A DNA stretch of 50,390 nucleotides from Chiloscyllium plagiosum (lineage: Eukaryota): NCBI RefSeq assembly GCF_004010195.1, contig NC_057719.1, positions 888,832 to 939,221 on the forward strand. The letters run 5' to 3'. Numbering within the stretch: position 1 is the stretch's first letter; the number at the start of each line of letters is the position of its first letter. A program made the translations under genes and the position numbers. Shown one piece after another: positions 1 to 11,234 of this stretch. Below the pieces are notes generated by a model. It was not told where the DNA came from and did not search any database. It saw only the letters and a list, made by a program, of their open reading frames with translations.

Positions 1-577
1 AACTCCATTTGCCACCTCTCAGCCCAATCCTGCAGTTTATCCAAGTTTCCCTGCAACCTGCAACATTCTTCCCAACTGTCCACTACTCCACCGACTTTAG
101 TGTTATCTGCAAATTTACTAACCCATCCACCTATGCCTGCGCCTAAGTCATTTAGGGGAGATCTAATAGAAACTTACAAGATAATATATGGCTTGGAGAG
201 GGTGGACGCTAGGAAATTGTTTCCGTTAGGTGAGGAGACTAGGACTTGTGGACACAGCCTTAGAATTAGAGGGGGTCAATTCAGAACAGAAATGCGGAGA
301 CATTTCTTCAGCCAGAGAGTGGTGGGCCTGTGGAATTCATTGCCGCAGAGTGCAGTGCAGGCTGGGACGCTAAATGTCTTCAAGGCAGAAATTGATAAAT
401 TCTTGATGTCACAAGGAATTAAGGGCTTTGATAAATTCTTGATGTCACAAGGAATTAAGGGCTACGGGGAGAATGCGGGTAAGTGGAGTTGAAATGCCCA
501 TCAGCCATGATTGAATGGCGGAGTGGACTCGATGGGCCGAATGGCCTTACTTCCACTCCTACGTCTTATGGTCTTAT
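1..577. mobile_element. CR1/HER1-type LINE pieces: RT fragment on minus (1-~150) abutting ORF2 C-terminus and 3' UTR on plus (~151-577)
   Basis: RGDLIETYKI...GHSLRIRG...FFSQRVVGLWNSLP is the CR1 ORF2 C-terminal signature; 36-bp tandem duplication at 392-463. Confidence 0.9.
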
Positions 578-1160
578 GACTCTATCTCCAACCAATGGAA
601 ATAGTTTCCCTTTATCTGCAGTGCCTTTTCCTGTTAATATCTTGAAGACTTCAATCAGATCACCCCTTAACCTTCAAAATTCTCGAGAAAACAGGACTAA
701 TTTGTATAATCTCTCCTCATATCTTAACCACTGAAGTCCAGGTATCATTCTTGCAAACCAATGCTGTACTCCTTCCAAGCCGATCTATCCTTCTTACAGA
801 GTGGTGCCCAGATTTACTCTCCGTCTCCCAAGTGGAGTCTAACCAGGGCTTTGTATAACTGCAGCACAAACTCTGAATCCCTGAACTCCAGGTATGAAGG
901 GCAACGTTCCACTGAGCCTGCACTCTCCTCCATCTTCCAATCAGAATGTATCACTTCACACACCTTGGTGTTAAGATGCTCTCTGCCTCTTGTCCCACCT
1001 TCAAAACACTGAAAGTTAGATACAGTTCTTCAAGCTAAAGGGGTCAAGGATTACAGGGGGGAGGCAGGAACAGGGTACCGAGTTGGATGATATTGAATGG
1101 GGCAGCACACTCAAAGGGCTGATTGGCATCCTGCTGATCCCAGTTTCGATGGTTCTATCT
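578..1160. mobile_element. Degenerate CR1 fragments (minus ~578-990, plus 3' tail ~1005-1160)
   Basis: Degenerate matches to CR1 3' motifs seen elsewhere in the window. Confidence 0.65.
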
Positions 1161-1949
1161 GTTTCGGTCTCACAAGCGCTGGCCGCATTCTCTGTAGACC
1201 ATGACCACCCTCCTCCCTATTTACCACATCACTCAGCTCCGGGTCACCCGGGAAATTCGAGACAACTCTCTGCAAAACCCGGCTGGGACATCAACATCAA
1301 TTCTCTGTTTTGCTTCAGAGTGGTCTCCCTCAGCAATCACCACTGCCACATCGCAGAACAATAAACAATCTGACTGAAAAAGTTGAAATTTATGGTCCTT
1401 TAAATGTGCATTTCTACAAAGCACTTAGTTCCCCTTTTTCAATCTGTCTCATGTCTTGGCCAAATAAAACCACAAGCATACTCAAAAATAATCAATTGTC
1501 TTAAATGTTCCATTTTCTAGAAAGCTCCTTCCCCTCGTATTGTAAACCCATTAAAATAGCACAGCTGACAATGTCTCTGCAGATGTTCGGACATCTCTTT
1601 AATGGGATCTTTGGAAAACATTCTGAATTTATGGTACATGAGACTAGCAAGGCCAAAGATTCTGTTGACAACTTTCCAAAGTGCCTTTGGTACAGACCAA
1701 TGAAACAATCCCTTAGCTGGACACTGTTCCCTTCTATTCAGCTTCACTTCACAGATCACACACACTACTTCACAGCAGGATAGCCAGACTCTTGCTCTGT
1801 CCACCACACAGACACAGGTCGTGCCCTCTCACCCCTGTTCCACAAACTCACTCCTGCTCCGTCCATCTCTGTCCCAGATGCCAATTTGAAAAACTGAGCC
1901 TCTCCCACTTGTATTTTCAAACTCTTACAAAACTCATAAACTTTCCTCA

Positions 1950-2085
1950 GATCCGAGCCCATAATCCAGGCTGATACATCAAACACAGGACCAAGGGAGT
2001 GCCGCACTGTCAGAGGGTCAGTGCTGAGGGAGCGCCGCACTGTCAGAGGGGTCAGTGCTGAGGGAGTGCCGCACTGTCAGAGGGA
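1950..2085 (+). repeat. ~33-bp tandem repeat (3 units, cagtgctgagggagtgccgcactgtcagagggt), probably DeuSINE/SacSINE1-derived
   Basis: Tandem units seen directly; SINE origin from recalled similarity. Confidence 0.6.
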
Positions 2086-2869
2086 TATTTGTCTCACTGC
2101 AAGCAGCATCTGAAAGGTGAACTGAGAAGGGGTTGGGATCTGTCCTGTCTCGGGCAGTGGTGCTGTATAGTGTGTCCTTCATCAAATTTCACCCTCCAGT
2201 AAACATCGTTTTATAAATGCATAAACATATGTCTCATTGCTGTGTCAAATGTGGCTCCTTCCATTCCCATAATGAAATAGGGTCAACATGCCAACAAACA
2301 TCATTCGAATGGATCTGAAACTCTTTAATATGCTGAGGCGCTTTCTAAATGAAATTTTTGTGCCTTTTGTTGTGTGGGATCATCAATCTCACTGACTCCT
2401 CACCAGAGGAATCCTCAGAAACGTCAACCAGCTCCTCCTAAAACCCAAACAACCAGAGATTCCACCCAGAGTTGGCTTCAGGCAAACTACAGTCAGGAAG
2501 AAAATGAAGACTACCTCTGAGGTTGTTGTAGTCTCTGGCATCGCTCTAACACCCTGTGACTGGAGCTGACTCTGGGCAGGAGATTAGTTTGCACTGTGAT
2601 GATCATACTGTCTTTGTGTCAGCTCCTCGTCCCTCTGGCACCCTCTGCTCCACATTTAATCTCTGAGTCAGGCTCACGCCTCTCATTGAACACCCCCGTG
2701 TTACTGTCACAGCAAAGAAAAGAAAACTGTACATTTATGTAGTGCCTTTCATGACCGCTAGATACCTCCAACCATCTTACAGTCGGTTAAGAGTATCTTG
2801 GGAGTTGGAGTAAAGTAGGAAATGTGGCAGCCATCAGATCGGGCGTGCGACACGGACCTGATCTGATCA

Positions 2870-3400
2870 ACTGCTGCTACATGGACAACAGGAGAGGCGT
2901 TGGCCATTCAGCCCATCAAGCCTGCTCCACCAATCAACATGACCATTGCTGATCACCCAACTGATTCTGTTCCTGCTCTGGCCTTTATCCTTGAGGACAA
3001 CCTCTGACTCCTGCATGACAACATCCCACTGCTTTTCCTGTGCAGAGAATTCCACAGGGTCCCCACTCCCTGCGTGAAGACATTCCTCCCTCATGAATCC
3101 TTCGGCTGTGACCCCTGCATCTGGAGTGCCTGGTCACTGGGAACATCCTTCCTGTGTTTTACCCTGTCACATCCTGTTAGAATTCTGTCGGTGTCTATGA
3201 GATTCCCCTGATTACTCCAGTGAATACAGTCCTAACAGTTCCAGCCTCTCCTTCCACATCAGTTCCGCTATCCCAGCAATCAGTCTGGGAAAGCTTCACC
3301 GCTCTCCCTCCACCCCCCCCAGGAGCATCCTTCCTCAGATAAGGAGACCCAAACTGCACACAGTATTCCAGGAGTGGCCTCAGAAAGGTCCCTATACGAT
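2870..3400 (-). mobile_element. Degenerate CR1 3' end
   Basis: ggccattcagcccatcaag tail motif; agagaattccacag and aaactgcacacagtattcca motifs. Confidence 0.75.
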
Positions 3401-3599
3401 TGTAGGATTAAATGGGTGGGTAGAGTCAGTGATTGGCGGCGGGGGGGTGGGGAGGTTTCTGGGTCAGCAGATTTTGTGAACTATTAATGTCACAACGAGC
3501 TTCACTGGAATTCCACATCATGGACCTGAGCCACATCATCCACCATCATCACTCAGACAGAGCAACCTGGCGGCTGACAGTGGGATCTTGATGTGCACA

Positions 3600-3880
3600 A
3601 AAGAGGAGGAGACTCCACAATTATCCCCGTGCTCAGTGAGGGAAAAGCCCACCACATCAGTGGGAAAAATAAGGCTGAAGCTTTTCCAGCAATCTTCAGT
3701 CAGACATGCCGAGTGGATAATCCATCATGGCCTGCTCCAGGAGACCCCCAGCGTCACAGATACCAGGCTCCAGCCAATTCCATTGACTCCACATGATATC
3801 AAGAGACTCGAGTCATTGGATACGGCAAAGGCTATGGGCCCTAACAACATTCCAGCAGTAGCACTGAAGACTTGTCCACG
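3600..3880 (+). mobile_element. Fragment of the second LINE family (CR1/L2 group), pre-RT region
   Basis: LQPIPLTPHDIKRLESLDTAKAMGPNNIPAVALKTC, homologous to 46047-46571. Confidence 0.85.
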
Positions 3881-3913
3881 TTCACACATCACTGAAGGTG
3901 GCAGTGCCGGGAG

Positions 3914-4413
3914 NNNNNNNNNNNNNNNNNNNNNNNNNNNNNNNNNNNNNNNNNNNNNNNNNNNNNNNNNNNNNNNNNNNNNNNNNNNNNNNNNNNNNNN
4001 NNNNNNNNNNNNNNNNNNNNNNNNNNNNNNNNNNNNNNNNNNNNNNNNNNNNNNNNNNNNNNNNNNNNNNNNNNNNNNNNNNNNNNNNNNNNNNNNNNNN
4101 NNNNNNNNNNNNNNNNNNNNNNNNNNNNNNNNNNNNNNNNNNNNNNNNNNNNNNNNNNNNNNNNNNNNNNNNNNNNNNNNNNNNNNNNNNNNNNNNNNNN
4201 NNNNNNNNNNNNNNNNNNNNNNNNNNNNNNNNNNNNNNNNNNNNNNNNNNNNNNNNNNNNNNNNNNNNNNNNNNNNNNNNNNNNNNNNNNNNNNNNNNNN
4301 NNNNNNNNNNNNNNNNNNNNNNNNNNNNNNNNNNNNNNNNNNNNNNNNNNNNNNNNNNNNNNNNNNNNNNNNNNNNNNNNNNNNNNNNNNNNNNNNNNNN
4401 NNNNNNNNNNNNN
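3914..4413. other. Assembly gap (500 N)
   Basis: Run of N. Confidence 1.
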
Positions 4414-4649
4414 GAGAATTCCCCAGGCTCCCCACGCTCTGGGTGAAGACATTTCCCCACCCCATATCTTTAGACTGTGACCCCCCGGTTCTGGAATCTC
4501 CCTAGTCATCAGGAACATCCATCCTGCATTTACCTTCTCCAGTCCAAGGATACATTAATCCAGCACCAATGTGGGAAAGACAAGTGGTGTTTGATAGAAT
4601 GAACACTGAAACAGCAGCCGATGAGATGGATATACGTTGAGGCAGTAGA

Positions 4650-5790
4650 CATGTGTATATGTGTGCATGTGTGTGTGTGTCTCTGTGTTGGCGTGTGTGA
4701 ATGTGTGTTCATGCATGTGTGCGTGTCTGTGTGCGCATGTGTGTGTGCGTGTGTGTGTGCTTGCATGTGTGTGTGTGCGAGCATGTGTGTGTGTGCATGC
4801 ATGTGTGTGTGTCTGTGTGTGCACGTGTGTGTGTGCATCTGTGTGTGCATGAGTGTGTGCACGTGCTTGTGTGTACGTGTGCATGCATGCGTGTGTGTAT
4901 GTGTGTGAATGTGTGTGTGCATGCGTGTGTGTATGTGCGTGTGTGTGTATGCATGCATGTGTGTGTGCGCATGCGTGTGTGCACATGTGTGTGTATGCAT
5001 GGATGTGTGTGCATGCATGTGTATGCGTGCATGCATGCATGTGTGCATATGTGTGCATGCATGTGTGTGGGCATGTGTGTGTGCATGTGTGAATGCATGT
5101 GTGCATGTGTGTGTGCATGTGTGTGCGTGCATGCATGTGTGTGTGCATGCATGCATGCGTGTGTCTGTGCATGTGTGTGTGCATGCATGTTTGTGTGTGT
5201 GCATGCATGCATGTGTAAGCGTGCGCACGTGTGTGTGCATGTGTGCGTGCGTGTGTGCATGTGTGCGTGTGCATGCATGTGTGCGTGCATTCATGTGTGC
5301 ATGTGCTTGTGTGTGCATGTGTGTGTGTGCGTGCATGCATGTGTGTGTGCATGCATGTGTGCGTGCATGCGTGTGTACATGCATGTGTGTGTGCACGTGT
5401 GTGTGCATGTGTGCGTACATGTGTGTGTACACGAGTGTGTGCGTGCATGTGTGTGCATGTGTGTGTGCATGCGTGTGTGTGCGTGTGTGCATGTGTGTGT
5501 GTGCATGTGCGTGTGCATGCGCGTGTGTGTGCATACGTGTGTGCATGCGTGTGTGTGTGCATGTGTGTGTGCATGCATGTGTGCGTGCGTGTGTGTGCAT
5601 ACGTGTGTACATGTGTGTGTGCATGCAAGTGTGTGTGCATGCATGTTTGTGCATGTGTGTGTTTGCATGTGTGTTTGTGTGCACACGTGTGTGTGTGTGC
5701 ACGTGTGTGTGTGCATGTGTGTGTGCATGTGCATGCGTGTGTGTGTGTGTGAGTACATGCATGCATGTGTGTGTGTGTTTGTGTGTGTAC
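4650..5790. repeat. ~1.1-kb imperfect (TG)n/(TGCA)n alternating purine-pyrimidine microsatellite
   Basis: Direct reading; explains the His/Thr and Cys/Val pseudo-ORFs. Confidence 0.98.
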
Positions 5791-6489
5791 ATGGTCAGAA
5801 AATATTCAACAAGAGTCTTTGGAGAGGTTGACCGAGGTCTTGGCTAATACAATAAAGGAGAACAAATAAAGAAAGTACTCAATCCCCACCTTGGTGAGTT
5901 TTTTTATATAAAAATAAGTACAGTAGATAAATGATCAAAATCAAGAAATCTCTAAGATGTCAATATACTAGTTGCATTTTAATATGTCTAATGGCATTTG
6001 GAATAAAATTAGGAAAAGTAAGTATTCAAGTATTGCTAATGCAAAACAAAATACTGCAGGTGCTGGAAATAGGATTAAAACATCAGAAAATGCTGGAAAA
6101 GAAGCAGGTCAGGCAGTTACATGTGAAGATCAAAACAGGGTTAACGTTACAGTCTCATCAGAATTGGGAAAGGTTTTTGCTGTGACAGATTTTAAGTCAG
6201 TTGAAAGACTGAAAGAAAGAATGGGAAAGAGAAAAACAAGACCTTTTGTCAGAGAGAAGAGCAGAACAAGATGAGCATTCTAGGAAGAGGAGCATTAGTG
6301 AATTAAATAGGAATATAAAAGCTTCTGTATTTGCTCAGTAGGTGTGATTGTGGATCAGTGATGGTAAACACTTCAGGAAATATTTCAAATGACTTAAAAA
6401 TGTACGTTTCAATTAAAAAGTCCACAGGAAAGTGTTCCGTATGTAGATAACTAAAGAACTTAAAATATTATTAGAAAAGAGCTTTATAA

Positions 6490-7270
6490 TATTGCCAAGA
6501 AGTCTTCATCTGGAAAAGACAGAGTAGGTAAAGACACTGTTTCCACAGTTTGGGGGTTTCTGGATGTAGGGGGCATGGTCTGAAAACAGGGCCAGGCTGT
6601 TCAGGAGAGATGTTAGGAAGCTCTTCGATAAACCAAAGATGGAAGATGTTTGGAACTTTTTGCACAAATGGCAGTGGATGCTGAATCAGTTGTCAATTTT
6701 AAATCTGAGTTAGATCCCTTTTGTAAAGCAACAGGATTAAGGGATACAGGCCAAAGTCAGGTATATGGAGTTAGGCTACAGATCAGCCATGGTCTCACTG
6801 ATTGGTGGAACAGACACAAGGTGCTTAAAGGTCTAATTGTGTTTCAGTGTTCCTCATGGTAAGCTTGAGGACTAGGACAGTTTTATAAATTAGCAAATAA
6901 AGACCAAATAATTAATATTATAGAACATAGAACATAGAACATTACAGCGCAGTACAGGCCCTTCAGCCCTCGATGTTGCGCTGACCTGTCATACCAATCT
7001 GAAGCCCATCCCACCTACACTATTCCATATGCTTGTCCAATGACGACTTAAATGTACTTAAAGTTGTCAAATCTACTACCGTCGCAGGCAAAGCATTCCA
7101 TACCCTTACTACCTCTGAGTAAAGAAACTACCTCTGACATCTGTCTTATATCTATCACCCCTCAATTTAAAGTTGTCCCCTCATGTTCACCGTCCCCATA
7201 CTTGGAAAAAGGCTCTCCCTGTCCACCCTACCTAACCCTCTGATTATCTTCTATGGCTCTATTAAGTCAC
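6490..7270. mobile_element. Two tail-to-tail CR1 3' ends (old plus copy ~6490-6860; younger minus copy ~6918-7270)
   Basis: CR1 3' motifs; atagaac tail repeats at ~6919-6940; homologous to 35813-36170. Confidence 0.85.
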
Positions 7271-7619
7271 AATGAGAAAGTATAACATTCATTCATTCAT
7301 TGTAAAGATGAAAATAGATTGTCAGACTTTGTAGAAGTAGGAAAGAAATGAAAACCTTTAGAGCTTAAAAGGAGAAATTATGACAAGGAGTAAGAAAATG
7401 ACTCAGATGTCAATATTTTGTGTTGGCCTTCATAGTTGACAACTGAAAACATTAAGAATTGAGTTAAAAGTATTGAGTTAAGGCATGTTAGAGAGGGAAG
7501 GCATTGTTGTGTCTTGTTCTGACTATTTTTGAGAGGAGCTGCTGGCTAGATCTGAGAGTGACATTTGCACCCTATTCCCAACCCCGCCCACCCCCCCGCA
7601 CTGCCAACTGTACTAGTGG

Positions 7620-8439
7620 TTAAAGGGACAGTGAGTGGAGTGATATGTTCCTCCTGTCAGATATGGGAGCAGTTGTGTTTCCTTGGTGACAATGTCTGCA
7701 TGAAGTGTGTCAGGCTCCAGCTCCTCTCAGAGCATATGGATTGGTTGGACTGGCAGTAGGAAGCATTGAGATGTATACAGGAAGCAGAGACACACACACA
7801 CTCCTACACATGCGCACACACAAACACGCACTCACAAACACACACACACGCGCACACAAACACACACGCGCAGACACACACACACACACGTGTGTGTGTT
7901 AAGGGCAAAAGAGTAATTAAGGAGACAATAGGGCCCCTTAAAGATCAACAAGGCCATCTGTGTGTGGAATGACAGGAGATGGGTGAGATCCTAAATGAAT
8001 ATTTTGTTTCAGAATTTACCATCTTGAAAGACATGGAAGTTCAGGAACTCGGGGAAATAATTAGTGATGTTTGAAGAGAGTACACATTTCAGCAGAGGAA
8101 GTGCTGGAGGTCTTAAAACTCATAAAGGTAGATAACTCCCCAAGACCTGGTCAATTAGATGGAAAAGGATAGATCAGAACTAAAAGTTGAAATTCTAAAT
8201 TGGAGGAAGGTTCATTTTAACGGTATCAGGAAAGAACTCTCAAAAGCTGATTGGGGGCAGATGTTCACAGGTAAAGGGACGGCTGGAAAATGGGAAGCCT
8301 TCAGAAATGAGATAACGAGAATCCAGAGAGAGTATATTCCTGTCAGGGTGAAAGGGAAGGGTGGTAGGTATAGGGAATGCTGGATGACTAAAGAACTTGA
8401 GGGTTTCGTTAAGAAAAAGAAGGAAGCATATGTCAGGTA
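7620..8439 (+). mobile_element. Rearranged CR1 ORF1/ORF2 fragments with a (CA)n tract at ~7790-7900
   Basis: VICSSCQIWE...CMKCVRLQLL (ORF1 Cys motif); IGPLKDQQGHLCVE and ILNWRKVHFNGIRKELSKADW (ORF2). Confidence 0.85.
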
Positions 8440-9316
8440 NNNNNNNNNNNNNNNNNNNNNNNNNNNNNNNNNNNNNNNNNNNNNNNNNNNNNNNNNNNNN
8501 NNNNNNNNNNNNNNNNNNNNNNNNNNNNNNNNNNNNNNNNNNNNNNNNNNNNNNNNNNNNNNNNNNNNNNNNNNNNNNNNNNNNNNNNNNNNNNNNNNNN
8601 NNNNNNNNNNNNNNNNNNNNNNNNNNNNNNNNNNNNNNNNNNNNNNNNNNNNNNNNNNNNNNNNNNNNNNNNNNNNNNNNNNNNNNNNNNNNNNNNNNNN
8701 NNNNNNNNNNNNNNNNNNNNNNNNNNNNNNNNNNNNNNNNNNNNNNNNNNNNNNNNNNNNNNNNNNNNNNNNNNNNNNNNNNNNNNNNNNNNNNNNNNNN
8801 NNNNNNNNNNNNNNNNNNNNNNNNNNNNNNNNNNNNNNNNNNNNNNNNNNNNNNNNNNNNNNNNNNNNNNNNNNNNNNNNNNNNNNNNNNNNNNNNNNNN
8901 NNNNNNNNNNNNNNNNNNNNNNNNNNNNNNNNNNNNNNNNNNNNNNNNNNNNNNNNNNNNNNNNNNNNNNNNNNNNNNNNNNNNNNNNNNNNNNNNNNNN
9001 NNNNNNNNNNNNNNNNNNNNNNNNNNNNNNNNNNNNNNNNNNNNNNNNNNNNNNNNNNNNNNNNNNNNNNNNNNNNNNNNNNNNNNNNNNNNNNNNNNNN
9101 NNNNNNNNNNNNNNNNNNNNNNNNNNNNNNNNNNNNNNNNNNNNNNNNNNNNNNNNNNNNNNNNNNNNNNNNNNNNNNNNNNNNNNNNNNNNNNNNNNNN
9201 NNNNNNNNNNNNNNNNNNNNNNNNNNNNNNNNNNNNNNNNNNNNNNNNNNNNNNNNNNNNNNNNNNNNNNNNNNNNNNNNNNNNNNNNNNNNNNNNNNNN
9301 NNNNNNNNNNNNNNNN
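8440..9316. other. Assembly gap (877 N)
   Basis: Run of N. Confidence 1.
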
Positions 9317-9586
9317 GTTTGGAGGTGGCGGAAATGATGGCGGATGATACACTGTATATGGAGGTTGGTGGGGTGGTAGGTGAGGACCAGAGGAGTTCTG
9401 TCCTGGTGGCGGTTGGAGGGGCGGGGTTCAAGGGCAGAGGAACGGGAAGTGGAGGAGATGCGGTGGAGGGCTTATGCCTGAAACATCGATTCTCCTGCTC
9501 CTTGGATGCTACCTGACCTGCTGCGCTTTTCCAGCAACACATTTTCAGCTCTGATCTCCAGCATCTGCAGTCCTCACTTTCTCCCC
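9317..9586. mobile_element. Penelope-like ORF fragment (minus, ~9317-9468) joined to an oppositely oriented family-B terminal repeat (~9469-9586)
   Basis: Minus strand reads PLVLTYHPTNLHIQCIIRHHFRHLQ, recalled as a Penelope pre-GIY-YIG region; followed by gcctgaaacatcgattctcctgctcc. Confidence 0.75.
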
Positions 9587-9587
9587 T

Positions 9588-9830
9588 AAATAGATGGTGA
9601 CATCTTGTAAAATGTCTTGAAACACATAAAAGTGGATAAATCCCCAGGAACTGATCAGGTGCACCCTAGAACTCTGTGGTAAGCGAGAGAAGTGATTGCT
9701 GGGCCTCTTGCTGAGATATTTGCTTCATCGATAGTCACAGGTGAGGTGCCAAAAGACTGGAGGTTGGCAAACGTGGTGCCACTGTTTAAGAAGGGCGGTA
9801 TGGACAAGCCAGGGGACTATAGACCGGTGA
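9588..9830 (+). mobile_element. CR1 ORF2 fragment
   Basis: KVDKSPGTDQVHPRTL...DWRLANVVPLFKKG. Confidence 0.9.
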
Positions 9831-10074
9831 TGTACGTTCGAAGCCCAGTCACAGGTTTACGTTAGGAACAATGCCTTGTGTTTATATCATGTTCTTCCCA
9901 ACCATTGAAAATGCTTCACAACAAACAGAGTATTTTTAAAGTGAGGCAACTGTTGGAATGGACCAATCACAGCAACCAACTTATATGCAGCAAGCTCCCA
10001 CTAACAGGATTGGTATAAACGACAAATAATGAGAAGGAACACAAAAGGCTTCAGGAAGGTAGGCAGGCAAATTA

Positions 10075-10217
10075 AAGCAAAATCTGAAGATCTGGAAGGG
10101 GAAACAGAAATTGTTGGATAAGCTCAGCAGGTCTGGCAGCATCTGTGGAGAGAAACAAAGTTAACATTTCAATGTCAATATTAAAGTGAAGAAGAAGGAC
10201 TGGTCTCGAAACGTTAA

Positions 10218-10252
<35 letters not shown>

Positions 10253-10292
10253 CAGATACTGCCAGACCTGCAGAGTTTCTGCAGCAACTTTG
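10075..10292. mobile_element. Older inverted-repeat element related to the Penelope terminal-repeat families, with a (TC)n tract
   Basis: caggtctggcagcatctgtggagaga is the inverted counterpart of tctccacagatactgccagacctg; degenerate tgaagaag...cgaaacgtta motif. Confidence 0.6.
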
Positions 10293-10589
10293 ATATTTCT
10301 TTCAGCAATTATCTTCCTTCACTGGAACTTCAGACACTGAGGTGAATGAATCTCAGAATGTGACTTCAAATCCACTCAAGGCAGCTTGAGAACTTCCGAA
10401 TGTGGAAGGGAAGGGCTGGCACCAGCAGAAGGGCCATGAGCTGTCAGATTGTTGGAAAACATTAAGCCAATGCACTAATGCCCTTTACGGTTGGAAACTT
10501 GTCAACCTTGGGTCGGTAAAGGAGTCCAATTCCACATCAAACAGGTTGTTAATTTCCCTCTGAAGTGGCTGAACAAGTCACTTAGTAAT

Positions 10590-11045
10590 ATCACAATGAG
10601 GAAGAGCATGCAGGTACAGCAGGTAGTGAAGAAGGCTAATAGCATGCTGGCCTTCATAACAAGAGGAATTGAGTATAGGAGCAAAGAGCTCCTTCTGCAG
10701 CTGTACAGGGCCCTGGTGAGACCACACCTGGAGTACTGTGTGCAGTTCTGGTCTCCAAATTTGAGGAAGGACATTCTGGATATTGAGGGAGTGCAGCTTG
10801 GGTTCACGAGGTCAATTCCCAAAATGGCAGGACTATCATATGTTGAAATATTGGAGCGACTGGGCTTGTATATCTGGATTCATTTAAGAAAGAGTTGGAT
10901 AGAGCCCTCAAGGATAGTGGAATCAAGGGTTATGGAGATAAGGCAGGAACAGGATACTGATTGAGGATGATCAGCCATGATTATATTGAATGGTGGTGCA
11001 GGCTCGAAGGGCAGAATGGCCTACTCCTGCACCTATTGTCTATTG
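10590..11045 (+). mobile_element. CR1 3' fragment with internal deletion
   Basis: LQLYRALVRPHLEYCVQFWSP. Confidence 0.92.
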
Positions 11046-11234
11046 TTTATTGAAACATTGAAAATGAATCAAAGCACATTAATACCAATCTACCAATCAG
11101 GGGTAGGCCATTCAGCCCCTGTTTCTCCATTCAAAAAGATTTTGTTTGTGTTTCCAAAATAACTTTGCTATATACCTCCTGATCACTTTTAAGTCCCTGC
11201 TTACTGAGAGTCAATCCAACACCACCTTAACAAT

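Noticed and set aside
2867..3094. Minus ORF QEKQWDVVMQE, superficially like the next CCDC170 exon
   Set aside because: The DNA matches a decayed CR1 3' end and has no suitable splice sites.
4530..5847. Long His/Thr-rich and Cys/Val-rich ORFs (up to 420 aa)
   Set aside because: Translations of a stop-free (TG/CA) microsatellite.
3588..9542. Long ORFs spanning X runs (also 43725-44543)
   Set aside because: Artefacts of N gaps flanked by LINE fragments.
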